Shown piece by piece: positions 9,511 to 19,036 of a DNA stretch of 64,000 bases. Both the position numbers and the translations under genes were made by a program. Position 1 is the first letter of the stretch; every line of letters starts with the position of its first letter. The notes under the pieces were generated by a model. The model was not told where the DNA came from, did not search any database, and saw only the letters and a list, made by a program, of their open reading frames with translations. The DNA is from an uncultured Desulfatitalea sp. (GTDB lineage: Bacteria > Desulfobacterota > Desulfobacteria > Desulfobacterales > Desulfosarcinaceae), in contig CAXXMB010000002.1 of NCBI GenBank assembly GCA_963668675.2, forward strand, positions 2,592,001 to 2,656,000. The letters are read 5' to 3'.

Positions 9511-10093
9511 AACCAAGATCTATCATGCTTGATCTATGCTTATTGCAGCCTCGACAAGCACCACAAGCTATATTACCTGTATGGCAGGAATGAGACCAAC
9601 AGAGCAATGAAAAGGGAATACCCGATTTTTGTACGAGTTCAACTGTTGACATATCTATAGCAGGTGCTTTGATACGAATATTGCCTTCTTGGAATCTGAG
9701 CAGCTTATCTATTAACCTAATAAATTCAACACGGCCATCAGCATGTCCGGAATCCGATTTGACTGATCCTATCAATAATGATTCAGTACCTAATTCAATT
9801 GATCGCATAGCAGCAATAGTGATCAGCAACTGATTTCTAAATGGCCACCAATCAGTAAACGGTGCATGGTGATTTGGAGGATGATTTGAAAGATCCCCTG
9901 ATCCCAGCTTGCTGCAATCTATGGTTATAATATCATGCTGGAGGTCTAATTCACTGCATATTTTTTCAGCCGCGCTTATCTCAGCTATCGCACATCGTTG
10001 ACCATAATCGATTGTGAAGCATAAATTAGGCCTCTTCCAATAGGCTAAGGCTATTGAGTCCATGCCTCCTGATAAAAGTAGAGCAGTTGTCAT
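9497..10093 (-). CDS. QueC-like PP-loop ATPase (7-cyano-7-deazaguanine synthase family), divergent
   Basis: LLSGGMDS PP-loop, DYGQR, PFRN and C-terminal Zn site SCH..CGACRGC. ATGA overlap with the upstream gene. Confidence 0.9.
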   Translation of the reverse strand: MTTALLLSGGMDSIALAYWKRPNLCFTIDYGQRCAIAEISAAEKICSELDLQHDIITIDCSKLGSGDLSNHPPNHHAPFTDWWPFRNQLLITIAAMRSIELGTESLLIGSVKSDSGHADGRVEFIRLIDKLLRFQEGNIRIKAPAIDMSTVELVQKSGIPFSLLCWSHSCHTGNIACGACRGCNKHRSSMIDLGYEDY

Positions 10094-11310
10094 ATCTCTC
10101 TTGCCATCCAAGCTGTCTTATATATCGCGGTTACAAGATCGTTTTCAATTATACAATTTGTCCCCTCAAGCATTTTCAAATCTTCAAATTTTTCATTTTG
10201 TACCAAACCAATTACAGGTATGCATTTGGATACAGAGTATCCGACTTCAAAAAGGGTTCCAGCATCCAATCCATCAATAATTGCAAACACTATGTCACTA
10301 TCTTCAAGTCCTTTAACATCCTCCTTTGCGACATCCTGCGCTGCCCCATGTCCAACATCATGCAACGGTGAGAAAACTTGCAAACCTTGATTTATCAACT
10401 CTCTTCGGATTTCTTCAATTAGCCACCGTTGGGCAATGGTAAAAAACGGGCCAGCTAGATAGATTTTCTTTTTAACAATACCGCTTATATCCTTTTGGAA
10501 TTCAAGCGGGACTGCAATGCTTGCTATTTCTTCATCGAATGCTTTGGGAATTGGGAGAACGCTCCAGTTACAGTAATGAGCAGTAGCTTTTAATGCACAA
10601 TCCGCCGCAACAAAAGGGTCAGATTGTTTCTCTGTCCAAAAGTGAGCATAGACAGCAGAAAAAATATCGCCCGATCCAATTGGCCAGACCTTATTAGTTT
10701 TTAAACACGGTAATAATTTATTATGTTTTTCCGTGTGAATTAAAGTCCCAAGTGGCCCCATTTTTAAAATTATGACTTCAGCTTCACTATCAGCTAAAAG
10801 CTTTGAAACTATTTTGTATGGATCATATTCCCCGGATAAAAGGCGGCCTTCATTCGCATTAAGCACTATTGACAGATGCTTGGCAGATGAACCATTATTA
10901 TGGAAACCCTCCGGGGCAGTAGCCGACTGAGGGTCATACACAACCCATTCACCTTCTACTTTTGCGTTTCCCTCGATAAAACCAAATCTAAGTATATTAC
11001 TGGCTTTTACAATAATAGTATTGGCATTAAAATGCAGATAGTTATGTGGATATATTTCGGGTCGTGATAACCCATGAAAATATTTAAACGACACAGATTT
11101 TTCATTAAGGACCGGATGCAAATTATACCCAAAAGAATTTGAGATTGCCTTAATGTCCATTAATAAATGCCGACTGATGTAGCAAAATAGATCGACTTTA
11201 TTCGATAGCTCACATAGAGCAGCTGCAGATCTGCCACCGGAACCAAAAATTTGGTTCCATTCAGGATAAATGCAAACTTCAGGATAAACACCCCCAACGA
11301 TGCTAATCAT
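10090..11310 (-). CDS. PfkB/ribokinase-family kinase fused to a C-terminal nucleoside 2-deoxyribosyltransferase domain
   Basis: GSGGRSA, LNANEG, LKMGPLG and IGSGDIF indicate PfkB. IYLAGPFF..FSP..DAGTLFEVGY indicates NDT. Confidence 0.88.
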   Translation of the reverse strand: MISIVGGVYPEVCIYPEWNQIFGSGGRSAAALCELSNKVDLFCYISRHLLMDIKAISNSFGYNLHPVLNEKSVSFKYFHGLSRPEIYPHNYLHFNANTIIVKASNILRFGFIEGNAKVEGEWVVYDPQSATAPEGFHNNGSSAKHLSIVLNANEGRLLSGEYDPYKIVSKLLADSEAEVIILKMGPLGTLIHTEKHNKLLPCLKTNKVWPIGSGDIFSAVYAHFWTEKQSDPFVAADCALKATAHYCNWSVLPIPKAFDEEIASIAVPLEFQKDISGIVKKKIYLAGPFFTIAQRWLIEEIRRELINQGLQVFSPLHDVGHGAAQDVAKEDVKGLEDSDIVFAIIDGLDAGTLFEVGYSVSKCIPVIGLVQNEKFEDLKMLEGTNCIIENDLVTAIYKTAWMAREI

Positions 11311-11648
11311 AAGTTACTTTCTGGTCGAATTTGAACACGGCACATTCCGCCGTCCACTTTTTCTACTATAGCAACAAATATTACACCTTGCTCCAAACAT
11401 TCAATTAACTTGGCAAGTGATCTTATTGTAATTGATCCAGCGATTTTATCTTTATAAAACGCAACAACTTTAGGTGGTGCCTCATCTATTATTTGTATTT
11501 GTAGAATATCATTAGGTTTTAAATGCTGAAGCACGGATGGTGATGGTGAATTTAGTATGGTATTCTCAATTAAGTTCGTGCAATCTGCAACTCTTCCTTC
11601 CCCTCCGTCGCCAGTTCCACCGTAATCGGAGCCTCCGCCACCGCTCAT
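11307..11648 (-). CDS. Small hypothetical protein with Gly-rich N-terminal tail and possible HIRAN-like domain
   Basis: RBS GGGAGGG and N-terminus MSGGGGSDYGGTGDGG. ATGA overlap with the pfkB-NDT gene. The fold is guessed from hydrophobic pattern only. Confidence 0.7.
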   Translation of the reverse strand: MSGGGGSDYGGTGDGGEGRVADCTNLIENTILNSPSPSVLQHLKPNDILQIQIIDEAPPKVVAFYKDKIAGSITIRSLAKLIECLEQGVIFVAIVEKVDGGMCRVQIRPESNL

Positions 11649-11807
11649 AGCTGCCCTCCCCTCAATTTAGTTTGTTCTATAATAGAATGATAACACCTTT
11701 TATATGAGGTTGTTTGCTGATAAATGAGTTGAAAAAGGCTAAATATTCTTACTCAATCCATTCATGTAACATTTTATTTATATTATAAAACGAATCTTAA
11801 TGAGGTA

Positions 11808-13334
11808 CTATAGAATTTTAGCTTCAATTTTAGCATTTTGATTGAAGCGCAGATTATATTCGGTCTCTAAGTATTTTTGAATCACACTAGATGCTACTAT
11901 CCTGAATTCTTCAGTGACAAAGAAATAACCTTTGAGTTTTTTTAGCTCGTAAGTAGTTTTCCATCCCTCAAGGTCAAAGAAAGCACCCATTGGGGAAATG
12001 TTGCCATCAAAAGCTATTACTGGACCGTGAACTGCTTCGTCAAAAGAGGGAGCTTTAGGAAAATTAAAATATATGTCATCAATTGTAAAATTTTCACATC
12101 CAGGTTCTTTTTTCATTTCACTTACAATCTGACTCCGAATTTCAAATCTCTTGTCCGGCAAACCACGCAGATCTTCTAATAATTTTCTCCAATTTTGCTT
12201 AACTTTATAATCAGTATTGATATTGGTTACTGACTCTTTGCTAAGGACTAAACAGCGTTTCGGTAAATCACGATTATTGATTTTATCTCTTATTATATTG
12301 AATCGTTCAGTAGTGCCTTGATTGATGGAGGAAAAAATATCGTAGTCAGTGTACTTCAAAAAATCTGTCGGATGAACAATACTTATTCTGTCGTTATTTT
12401 GGTATAAAAGTTCCAATACTATATCGTTAATCAAAATATCTGATGCAAGAACTTTTTGATGATGGTAGACAAATGAAAATAGCATCATTTTACTGAAAAT
12501 CATTTGTTCAACTGCACTAACACCTCCTTGTTCCATCACCAATCTGCATCCATAACCATCCCTGTGTAGATGTATCTTATAAAAATAGCGCTCTATATCA
12601 TATGTTATCTCTAATCCAGCCGTTCGTGCATCTCTATAAAGGTACTCCAATTTGTCTACATCATAAGGGCCATAAATTATTTCTTGTAAAAAGCGTTTTT
12701 CCTCAGATGGTGGCTCTCCAATAATAATTTTAGAAACATCTTCTAAATCGGGAATTGCATCTTTATTTGGAAATAGGAAAGCAATATTGCTGTGCCAATA
12801 TTCCAAAAAGTAGGGGTTGCTTACAATTAGATATGATAAAAACTCATGAGGTTTTGATGAAATCCCCAACGCCTTCATTACGGGTGTTATAATTGGCCCT
12901 ATGGCGTACTCACTTGCATGAGATAAAAAACAATGCCCTACATCATGTAATAAGCCAGCAAGCCTAACTGTGTATATGTCTTTATTAGTGATCTCGACAT
13001 CTTTATTGTTTTTAACTTCTGCCTTTTCTTTCAGCCTTGTTATTAATCGACCCGCTAGGATAATGACGCCTAATGTGTGACAAAACCTATTATGTACTCC
13101 AGAAGGATAGGTGAGAAATGCTGAGCCTAATTGGTGTATTTTCCTTAGGCGCTGGCAAAGTGGTGTGTCTATGAGTGCAATTTCCCATGGGTAGAAAATG
13201 CGAGACCCCCAAAGTGGATCATGAATAACCTTCATTCCAACCTTTGAGGGTTCTTTAGGTGGTAATAGATTAGTTCTTAATAATTCTGTGAGTTGTTTCT
13301 TATATTGATCAACAAGCTGATCTTTGCTCATCAT
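11808..13334 (-). CDS. HD-domain phosphohydrolase, SAMHD1/YwfO-like dNTP triphosphohydrolase
   Basis: QRLRKIHQLG, HNRFCHTLG, LLHDVGH.FLSH, DVDKLEYL.RD and VYHH motifs. Confidence 0.9.
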   Translation of the reverse strand: MMSKDQLVDQYKKQLTELLRTNLLPPKEPSKVGMKVIHDPLWGSRIFYPWEIALIDTPLCQRLRKIHQLGSAFLTYPSGVHNRFCHTLGVIILAGRLITRLKEKAEVKNNKDVEITNKDIYTVRLAGLLHDVGHCFLSHASEYAIGPIITPVMKALGISSKPHEFLSYLIVSNPYFLEYWHSNIAFLFPNKDAIPDLEDVSKIIIGEPPSEEKRFLQEIIYGPYDVDKLEYLYRDARTAGLEITYDIERYFYKIHLHRDGYGCRLVMEQGGVSAVEQMIFSKMMLFSFVYHHQKVLASDILINDIVLELLYQNNDRISIVHPTDFLKYTDYDIFSSINQGTTERFNIIRDKINNRDLPKRCLVLSKESVTNINTDYKVKQNWRKLLEDLRGLPDKRFEIRSQIVSEMKKEPGCENFTIDDIYFNFPKAPSFDEAVHGPVIAFDGNISPMGAFFDLEGWKTTYELKKLKGYFFVTEEFRIVASSVIQKYLETEYNLRFNQNAKIEAKIL

Positions 13335-13734
13335 AGATTATGGTGAAATTTTTATTAAATAGTTCTGCAATTTCATTCATAGTTTTATGGTCAGGCTTTT
13401 TCTGAGAAAACGTGTCTTCACTTAAATCGGCATCTATTCTGTACATCGAAAGCGAAGGATTTGGGCGCGTTAAATAACCTGCCTCCTGTAGCTCAATGAA
13501 GCAGTCAGCTATCTCTTTTGAATATCTGTAATCAGGGCTTTCCCTAAAGTGAACATCCTCAAAAATTACAGGATAAGATTTTTTCATCTTGAAAAAGAAA
13601 TCATGAATTTTTGGCAATGGAGAGGAAAATTTCATGCCTCTTTTTGGTAATGATCTGGACAAGATTGCCAAAATAACATCAAATAAGTTTATGTCGGGCG
13701 TATATGCGTCAAAGCGGCCAACTTTAGCATGCAT
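13309..13734 (-). CDS. YwgA/SocA(Panacea)-like small winged-helix protein
   Basis: F..SPDYRYSKEIADCFIELQEAGYL resembles the F..YGPYS.EL...L..L...G motif. RBS AGGAGG. Overlaps the HD gene start. Confidence 0.55.
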   Translation of the reverse strand: MHAKVGRFDAYTPDINLFDVILAILSRSLPKRGMKFSSPLPKIHDFFFKMKKSYPVIFEDVHFRESPDYRYSKEIADCFIELQEAGYLTRPNPSLSMYRIDADLSEDTFSQKKPDHKTMNEIAELFNKNFTIIYDEQRSAC

Positions 13735-14058
13735 TAATTGCCCTCCTTTTTGTATCATGAAATCAATGCCAAAAAAAAAGCACCGCAACATCTAGTAGGG
13801 CACTAAATGTGTGTGCTTTAAAATTAGCATAATAATTTCTATTTTTTGATAAATATATAGACCTTCGCGGGGCAAACAAGATCTAAACGTCAATAAAACT
13901 ATAAAAATAAATGCACAAAATTTTAGGCATGTCAACAACTTAATTAAGGGTTTAGGCAGCTATTGCTTAACCGGCTTCGAACCGGCCCCCTAAATGGCCC
14001 CCTTGCAAATATGACAATTATTACAATCGCAAAAGGTTATTTAACAACTTGATATTAC

Positions 14059-14135
<77 letters not shown>

Positions 14136-14216
14136 ATATTGGCCGCTGAATAGCACGCCTGGAGGGGTGACGCAAGACCATATCCCTTGGCCGACGGGTT
14201 AGCGGCATTTCAAGGA

Positions 14217-14975
14217 TCAGGGGTTTGCCGCCAGGTAAAGATCGATCCCCTTGGCGATGGCGCGGGCGATAGCGGTTTGGAATTCCGGGGAGTTGAGCGC
14301 TTTTTCGGTAGACGGATGGGTCAAATAGCCTGCCTCGATGGCCACGGCCGGCATATCCGCACCCTGCAGAACGACCAGCGGCGCCTGCATGATTTTGGCG
14401 GTCGGTTGCCCCGGCAGCATGGCCAATGCGCTTTTTAACTTCATGGCCAATTCGCGGCTGGCGGTCAGGTGGGCCATCTGAATGTGGTTCCACGCGGTGG
14501 CCGATTCTCCAGCCACGGGATCGGACGGAGACCTGCCGGCGGGTTGATAATAATAGATGCAGATGCCGTTGGTGCTGTGCAGGTAGCTTGCTGCCATATG
14601 GATGCTGATGAAGAGGGCGGCTTGGTTGTGGTTGGCGATAGCGGTGCGTTCCTGCAGAGCAATATCGTAGTCGTCGCTTCGCGTGAGGACGATGTGATAC
14701 GTCGGTTCCATGAGGTGAGTCAGCTGTCGGGCCAGTGCCAGGCACACCTCTTTTTCAACGGTACCGGCGGTACCACGGCCGCCGAGATCTCTGCCTCCGT
14801 GACCGGCATCGATGGCAACGGTTCTGCGATCGGTTTCGAACGGCGATGGCGGCTGACCCTGGGCAATGGATGACGTCCAGATCACCATCATCGCTGCTGT
14901 GAAAAAGAGGGCTGCGGACAGTGTGGTTGGCGTATTGCGGCGCCCGGTGGCCGCTTGATTTCGCTTGACACCCAT
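14217..14975 (-). CDS. N-acetylmuramoyl-L-alanine amidase (Amidase_3)
   Basis: IDAGHGG, EK, LTR, FISIH and A(I)EAGY Zn-amidase motifs with an N-terminal signal-like stretch. Start uncertain. Confidence 0.9.
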   Translation of the reverse strand: MGVKRNQAATGRRNTPTTLSAALFFTAAMMVIWTSSIAQGQPPSPFETDRRTVAIDAGHGGRDLGGRGTAGTVEKEVCLALARQLTHLMEPTYHIVLTRSDDYDIALQERTAIANHNQAALFISIHMAASYLHSTNGICIYYYQPAGRSPSDPVAGESATAWNHIQMAHLTASRELAMKLKSALAMLPGQPTAKIMQAPLVVLQGADMPAVAIEAGYLTHPSTEKALNSPEFQTAIARAIAKGIDLYLAANP

Positions 14976-15069
14976 GTGGTTTAATATTAACTAAAATTTT
15001 TTTGTTTTGTACTTTATTTGAAAAGGGTTGAATGTCAAGGACCTAAATAGGGTTTGGGCAATAAATTTT

Positions 15070-15156
15070 GCGAGAGTGGCGGAATTGGTAGACGCACTGG
15101 ACTTAGGATCCAGCTCTGGCGACAGAGTGGGAGTTCAAGTCTCCCCTCTCGCACCA
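15070..15156 (+). tRNA. tRNA-Leu (TAG)
   Basis: 87-nt cloverleaf with long variable arm, anticodon arm CTGGA-CT-TAG-GA-TCCAG and CCA end. Confidence 0.97.
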
Positions 15157-15482
15157 AATTTTATCCATCCATCCTGAAAAGTCCGTTTGTGGTGATTACG
15201 TTTCAGTCAGCCGCACGCAATGTGTGTGACCTGCCGCTGCCGTGCACGCTCCAACGATTTGCAAGGTAGATACTAACTGTGCACACGGATTGGCTTTTCA
15301 TCCAACATGGCTGGCACGCCCCGGTACTCCGCCATTGCGTTTAGAACCGCAGGACGCCGGCATGTCGCGAATGCCAAGTCGGCTGCATGGGCTTCCGGAT
15401 CTGGATGGCGCGGAAAATGCAAAGTGCCTTGAGGTGAAGCTGCTTGAGGCACTTTATTATTGGTTTAGAAAGGTATCTGGTT

Positions 15483-16835
15483 ATGAAAGTGACAGTTGAA
15501 GATCAAAGCAGCGTCAAAAAAGTGTTGCACATCGAAGTGCCCGAGGAAAAGGTGGTTTCGGAGCTCAATAAAGCGTACAGCGAGATCAAAAAAACAGCCA
15601 AAATCAAGGGGTTTCGGCCTGGTAAAGCCCCAAGATCGGTTCTCGAGCGTATGTATCGAAAGGATGTCCATGCCGATGTGTCGTCCAAACTGATTCAAGA
15701 AGCCTTTATCGAGGCGATCAGGGAGACGGAACTGAATATCGTCGGCTCTCCCGAGGTCGATCCGCCGGAGCTTAAGGACAAGAGCGCCTATGTGTTTGAC
15801 GCCAAGGTGGAGGTGAGGCCCGAGATCGCCGATATCAGCTACAAAGGCCTCGAGCTGACCAAAAGCAAGTACGCGGTGAGCGCCGAAGAGCTCGATATGC
15901 AGCTGAATATGCTGCAGCGCAACATGGCAAAGCAGAACAAAATCGAGGAAGATCGGCCAGTTGCATTGGGAGATGTGGCCGTGATCGACTACGAGGGTTT
16001 CAAGGACGGCCAACCACACGAAGCCACACCGAAAAGTGAAAATTTCGTGGTCAAGCTCGGCGAGGGTCGGGTCATCAAGGACCTGGACGATGGGATTGCC
16101 GGCATGAAGGTCGGTGAGGAGAAAGAGATCAACGCCACCTTTCCGGAGGACTATTTCGGCAAGGAGCTTGCCGGTGAGCAGATCCTTTTCAAGGTCAAAC
16201 TGAACGAAATTCGCGAAGAGGTGCTGCCCGAGATCGACGACGAACTGGCCAAGAGCCTGGGCGACCAGTTTGAGTCGCTGGAGATGCTCAAGGAGAAGAT
16301 CACCGAGAATCTGCAGGGCGGCTACGACAAGCGCGTTGAGCAGGAGCTCAACGAGCAGATTTTCAACCAGCTGCTCGATCAGACCGATTTCGAGGTGCCC
16401 GATTCCATGGTGGCTTCGGAGCTGGAGCACATTCTCAAAGAGGCCGAGCGCTCATTCGAGTACAGCAACAAATCGATGGAGGAGCTGGGGCTCTCCAAGG
16501 ATTCGATGTCCGAAAAGTACCGGCCTGTGGCTGAAAAGCAGGTGCGTCGGCACCTGATCCTCTCCAAGTTGATCGACCAGGAGAAGCTCGATTTGACCGA
16601 TGAGGAGCTTGACGAAGGGCTCAAGGAGATGGCCGCGACCTACCAGCAGCCGGTCGAGAGTATCAAGGCGTTTTACCAGCAAGACCAGAACAGCCTGGCA
16701 TTTTTTAAGCATACACTGCTTGAAAAGAAGGCGTTGGATCTTATCATTGATTCTAATGTCGTTAAGGAAGTCGATCCGGCTGAAGCGCAAGCAGTCGGTG
16801 AGAAGGCGAACGACGAAGCGGATGCAGCCTCTTGA
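15483..16835 (+). CDS. tig: Trigger factor
   Basis: GFRPGKAP ribosome-binding motif and FKBP domain. Canonical tRNA-Leu-tig-clpP-clpX-lon order. Confidence 0.97.
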   Translation: MKVTVEDQSSVKKVLHIEVPEEKVVSELNKAYSEIKKTAKIKGFRPGKAPRSVLERMYRKDVHADVSSKLIQEAFIEAIRETELNIVGSPEVDPPELKDKSAYVFDAKVEVRPEIADISYKGLELTKSKYAVSAEELDMQLNMLQRNMAKQNKIEEDRPVALGDVAVIDYEGFKDGQPHEATPKSENFVVKLGEGRVIKDLDDGIAGMKVGEEKEINATFPEDYFGKELAGEQILFKVKLNEIREEVLPEIDDELAKSLGDQFESLEMLKEKITENLQGGYDKRVEQELNEQIFNQLLDQTDFEVPDSMVASELEHILKEAERSFEYSNKSMEELGLSKDSMSEKYRPVAEKQVRRHLILSKLIDQEKLDLTDEELDEGLKEMAATYQQPVESIKAFYQQDQNSLAFFKHTLLEKKALDLIIDSNVVKEVDPAEAQAVGEKANDEADAAS

Positions 16836-16944
16836 TCTATTTCCTGTTGGGGCGATACAATATCGGAACATGCTGCGGAAGCCGTATGAAAAAGGCTGAA
16901 CACTTGCGAAAATTTAACCCTACTAGTATAAAAGGAGTCTTGGT

Positions 16945-17559
16945 GTGACGGTCATTCCAATGGTCATCGACCAAACCAGTCGCGGCGAACGGGCCTATGA
17001 CATCTATTCCCGTTTGCTCAAGGATCGGATCATATTCCTGGGCACCCCAATCAACGACGAGGTGGCCAACCTGCTTATCGCCCAGTTGTTGTTTCTGGAA
17101 TCAGAGGATCCGGACAAGGATATCAATTTTTACATCAACTCACCCGGAGGTTCAGTGACCTCGGGATTGGCGGTTTACGACACCATGCAGTACATAAAGC
17201 CGGACATTGCCACGGTCTGCATTGGCCAGGCCGCTTCAATGGGAGCCTTGTTGCTGGCCGCCGGCGCCGCCAAAAAGCGCTACTCGCTGCCCAATTCGCG
17301 TATCATGATCCATCAGCCCATGGGCGGGGCGCAAGGACAGGCGTCGGATATCGAGATTCAGGCCCGTGAGATCCTGCGCATGCGCGAAACGCTCAACAAG
17401 ATTCTCAAAGAGCACACGGGCAAGGACATGACCCAGATTCAGCAAGATACCGACCGTGACTATTTCATGTCGGGTAAAGAAGCCAGGGACTATGGTATTG
17501 TGGATCACGTGATTCGCAATCGAGAGGATCTGGACACCATCGATAAATCGGAGAAGTAA
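16945..17559 (+). CDS. clpP: ATP-dependent Clp protease proteolytic subunit
   Basis: [23 protein letters not shown] and MIHQP motifs. Confidence 0.98.
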   Translation: MTVIPMVIDQTSRGERAYDIYSRLLKDRIIFLGTPINDEVANLLIAQLLFLESEDPDKDINFYINSPGGSVTSGLAVYDTMQYIKPDIATVCIGQAASMGALLLAAGAAKKRYSLPNSRIMIHQPMGGAQGQASDIEIQAREILRMRETLNKILKEHTGKDMTQIQQDTDRDYFMSGKEARDYGIVDHVIRNREDLDTIDKSEK

Positions 17560-17563
17560 CCAC

Positions 17564-18808
17564 ATGGCAAAAAAAGACGATCCCAATGACAATCTCTTCT
17601 GCTCATTCTGCGGCAAGAACCAGAAAGAGGTGAAAAAGCTGATCGCGGGACCGGCCGTCTACATATGCGATGAGTGTATTCAGTTGTGCAGCGAGATCAT
17701 CGAGGAGGAGACCGAGAAGGAGGTTGGCGAAATGGCCAACCTGATGCTCCCCAAGGAGATCAAGGTCAAGCTGGACGAGTACGTCATTGAGCAGGAGACC
17801 GCCAAAAAGATTCTCGCCGTGGCCGTCTACAACCACTACAAACGACTCGACACCAGCCTGAGCACCAGCGATGTGGAGATCCAGAAGAGCAACATTTTGC
17901 TCATTGGTCCCACCGGCAGTGGTAAGACCCTGCTGGCCCAGACCCTGGCGCGTTTTCTCAACGTGCCCTTCACCATTGCCGACGCCACCAGCTTGACCGA
18001 GGCCGGATATGTGGGCGAGGATGTGGAAAACATCATCCTTGCACTGCTGCAAAACGCCGATTACGATGTGGAAAAGGCCAAACGCGGCATCGTTTATATT
18101 GACGAGATCGACAAGATCGCCAGCAAATCAGACAATCCCTCGATCACACGCGACGTCTCAGGCGAGGGTGTTCAGCAGGCGTTGCTCAAGATCATAGAAG
18201 GTACCACGGCCAGCGTACCGCCCAAGGGCGGACGCAAGCACCCGCAGCAGGATTTCGTCAAGGTGGACACCTCCAATATCCTGTTCATCTGCGGTGGCAC
18301 TTTCAGCGGGCTGGAGCAGATCATCAAGCGCCGCCAGGGCACCAAGGCCATGGGATTCGGCGCCAAAATCGTCAAGGAGAAAGAGGCGCCCCTGGGTGAC
18401 GTCCTGCGTGCGGTGCAGCCCGAGGATCTGATCAAGTTCGGCTTGATTCCCGAATTTCTCGGCCGATTGCCGGTGATCGCCACCCTGGATGAGCTGAGCG
18501 CTGCGTCGCTGGTGCGCATCCTGACCGAGCCCAAAAACGCCCTGGTCAAGCAGTACCAGAAGCTGTTCGAGGTGGAAGGGGTCAACCTGCGCCTGACCGA
18601 CAGCGCCCTGGCTGCCATCGCCGACCAGGCCATCGAGCGCAAATCCGGCGCCCGTGGGCTGCGCGCCATTCTCGAAGGGTGCATGCTCGACATCATGTAC
18701 GAGATTCCGTCCATCGAAAATGTCAAAGAGTGCGTCATCGGCGAGGATGTGGTGATGCACAAGGAAGATCCGATCCTGCTTTACGAACAGACCAAAAAGC
18801 AGGCCTGA
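17564..18808 (+). CDS. clpX: ATP-dependent Clp protease ATP-binding subunit
   Basis: CSFCGK Zn finger, [13 protein letters not shown] and [14 protein letters not shown] motifs. Confidence 0.98.
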   Translation: MAKKDDPNDNLFCSFCGKNQKEVKKLIAGPAVYICDECIQLCSEIIEEETEKEVGEMANLMLPKEIKVKLDEYVIEQETAKKILAVAVYNHYKRLDTSLSTSDVEIQKSNILLIGPTGSGKTLLAQTLARFLNVPFTIADATSLTEAGYVGEDVENIILALLQNADYDVEKAKRGIVYIDEIDKIASKSDNPSITRDVSGEGVQQALLKIIEGTTASVPPKGGRKHPQQDFVKVDTSNILFICGGTFSGLEQIIKRRQGTKAMGFGAKIVKEKEAPLGDVLRAVQPEDLIKFGLIPEFLGRLPVIATLDELSAASLVRILTEPKNALVKQYQKLFEVEGVNLRLTDSALAAIADQAIERKSGARGLRAILEGCMLDIMYEIPSIENVKECVIGEDVVMHKEDPILLYEQTKKQA

Positions 18809-19036
18809 CGATCAGGTGAATCCCATCTTTCGGGTCCGCCCGGTGCCGCCCGGGCCGGACCCTGTTGTTTGGAGGCAGCGAAGCCCCCTCCCCCTGTATC
18901 GCCCTCCCGCCCTCGTTCGATGGGAAGCCCTGCCGACCGGCAACTTAATGCTGTACAAACGCAATTGAGATGTTAGATTAATAATTATAAGCTTGCTTTT
19001 GGACACATCATGGGACCACAGATATAGGAAGTCATA

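Larger units (their letters stand above)
1..14058. mobile_element. Integrated phage-satellite-like genomic island at tRNA-Pro 3' end (left boundary outside window)
   Basis: int-alpA-HTH-RuvC-terS backbone with AT-rich cargo. Abrupt change to GC-rich core genes at the CCA end of tRNA-Pro. Confidence 0.8.

Noticed and set aside
9497..10093. Calling this gene housekeeping queC, or the locus type IV CBASS, Qat or dpd
   Set aside because: No CD-NTase, TGT/DpdA, KAP ATPase, TatD or other que genes nearby, and it lacks the YPDC motif of canonical QueC.
15157..15482. Long spacer between tRNA-Leu and tig as a possible ncRNA or riboswitch
   Set aside because: No recognisable motif or convincing conserved stem could be identified by eye.
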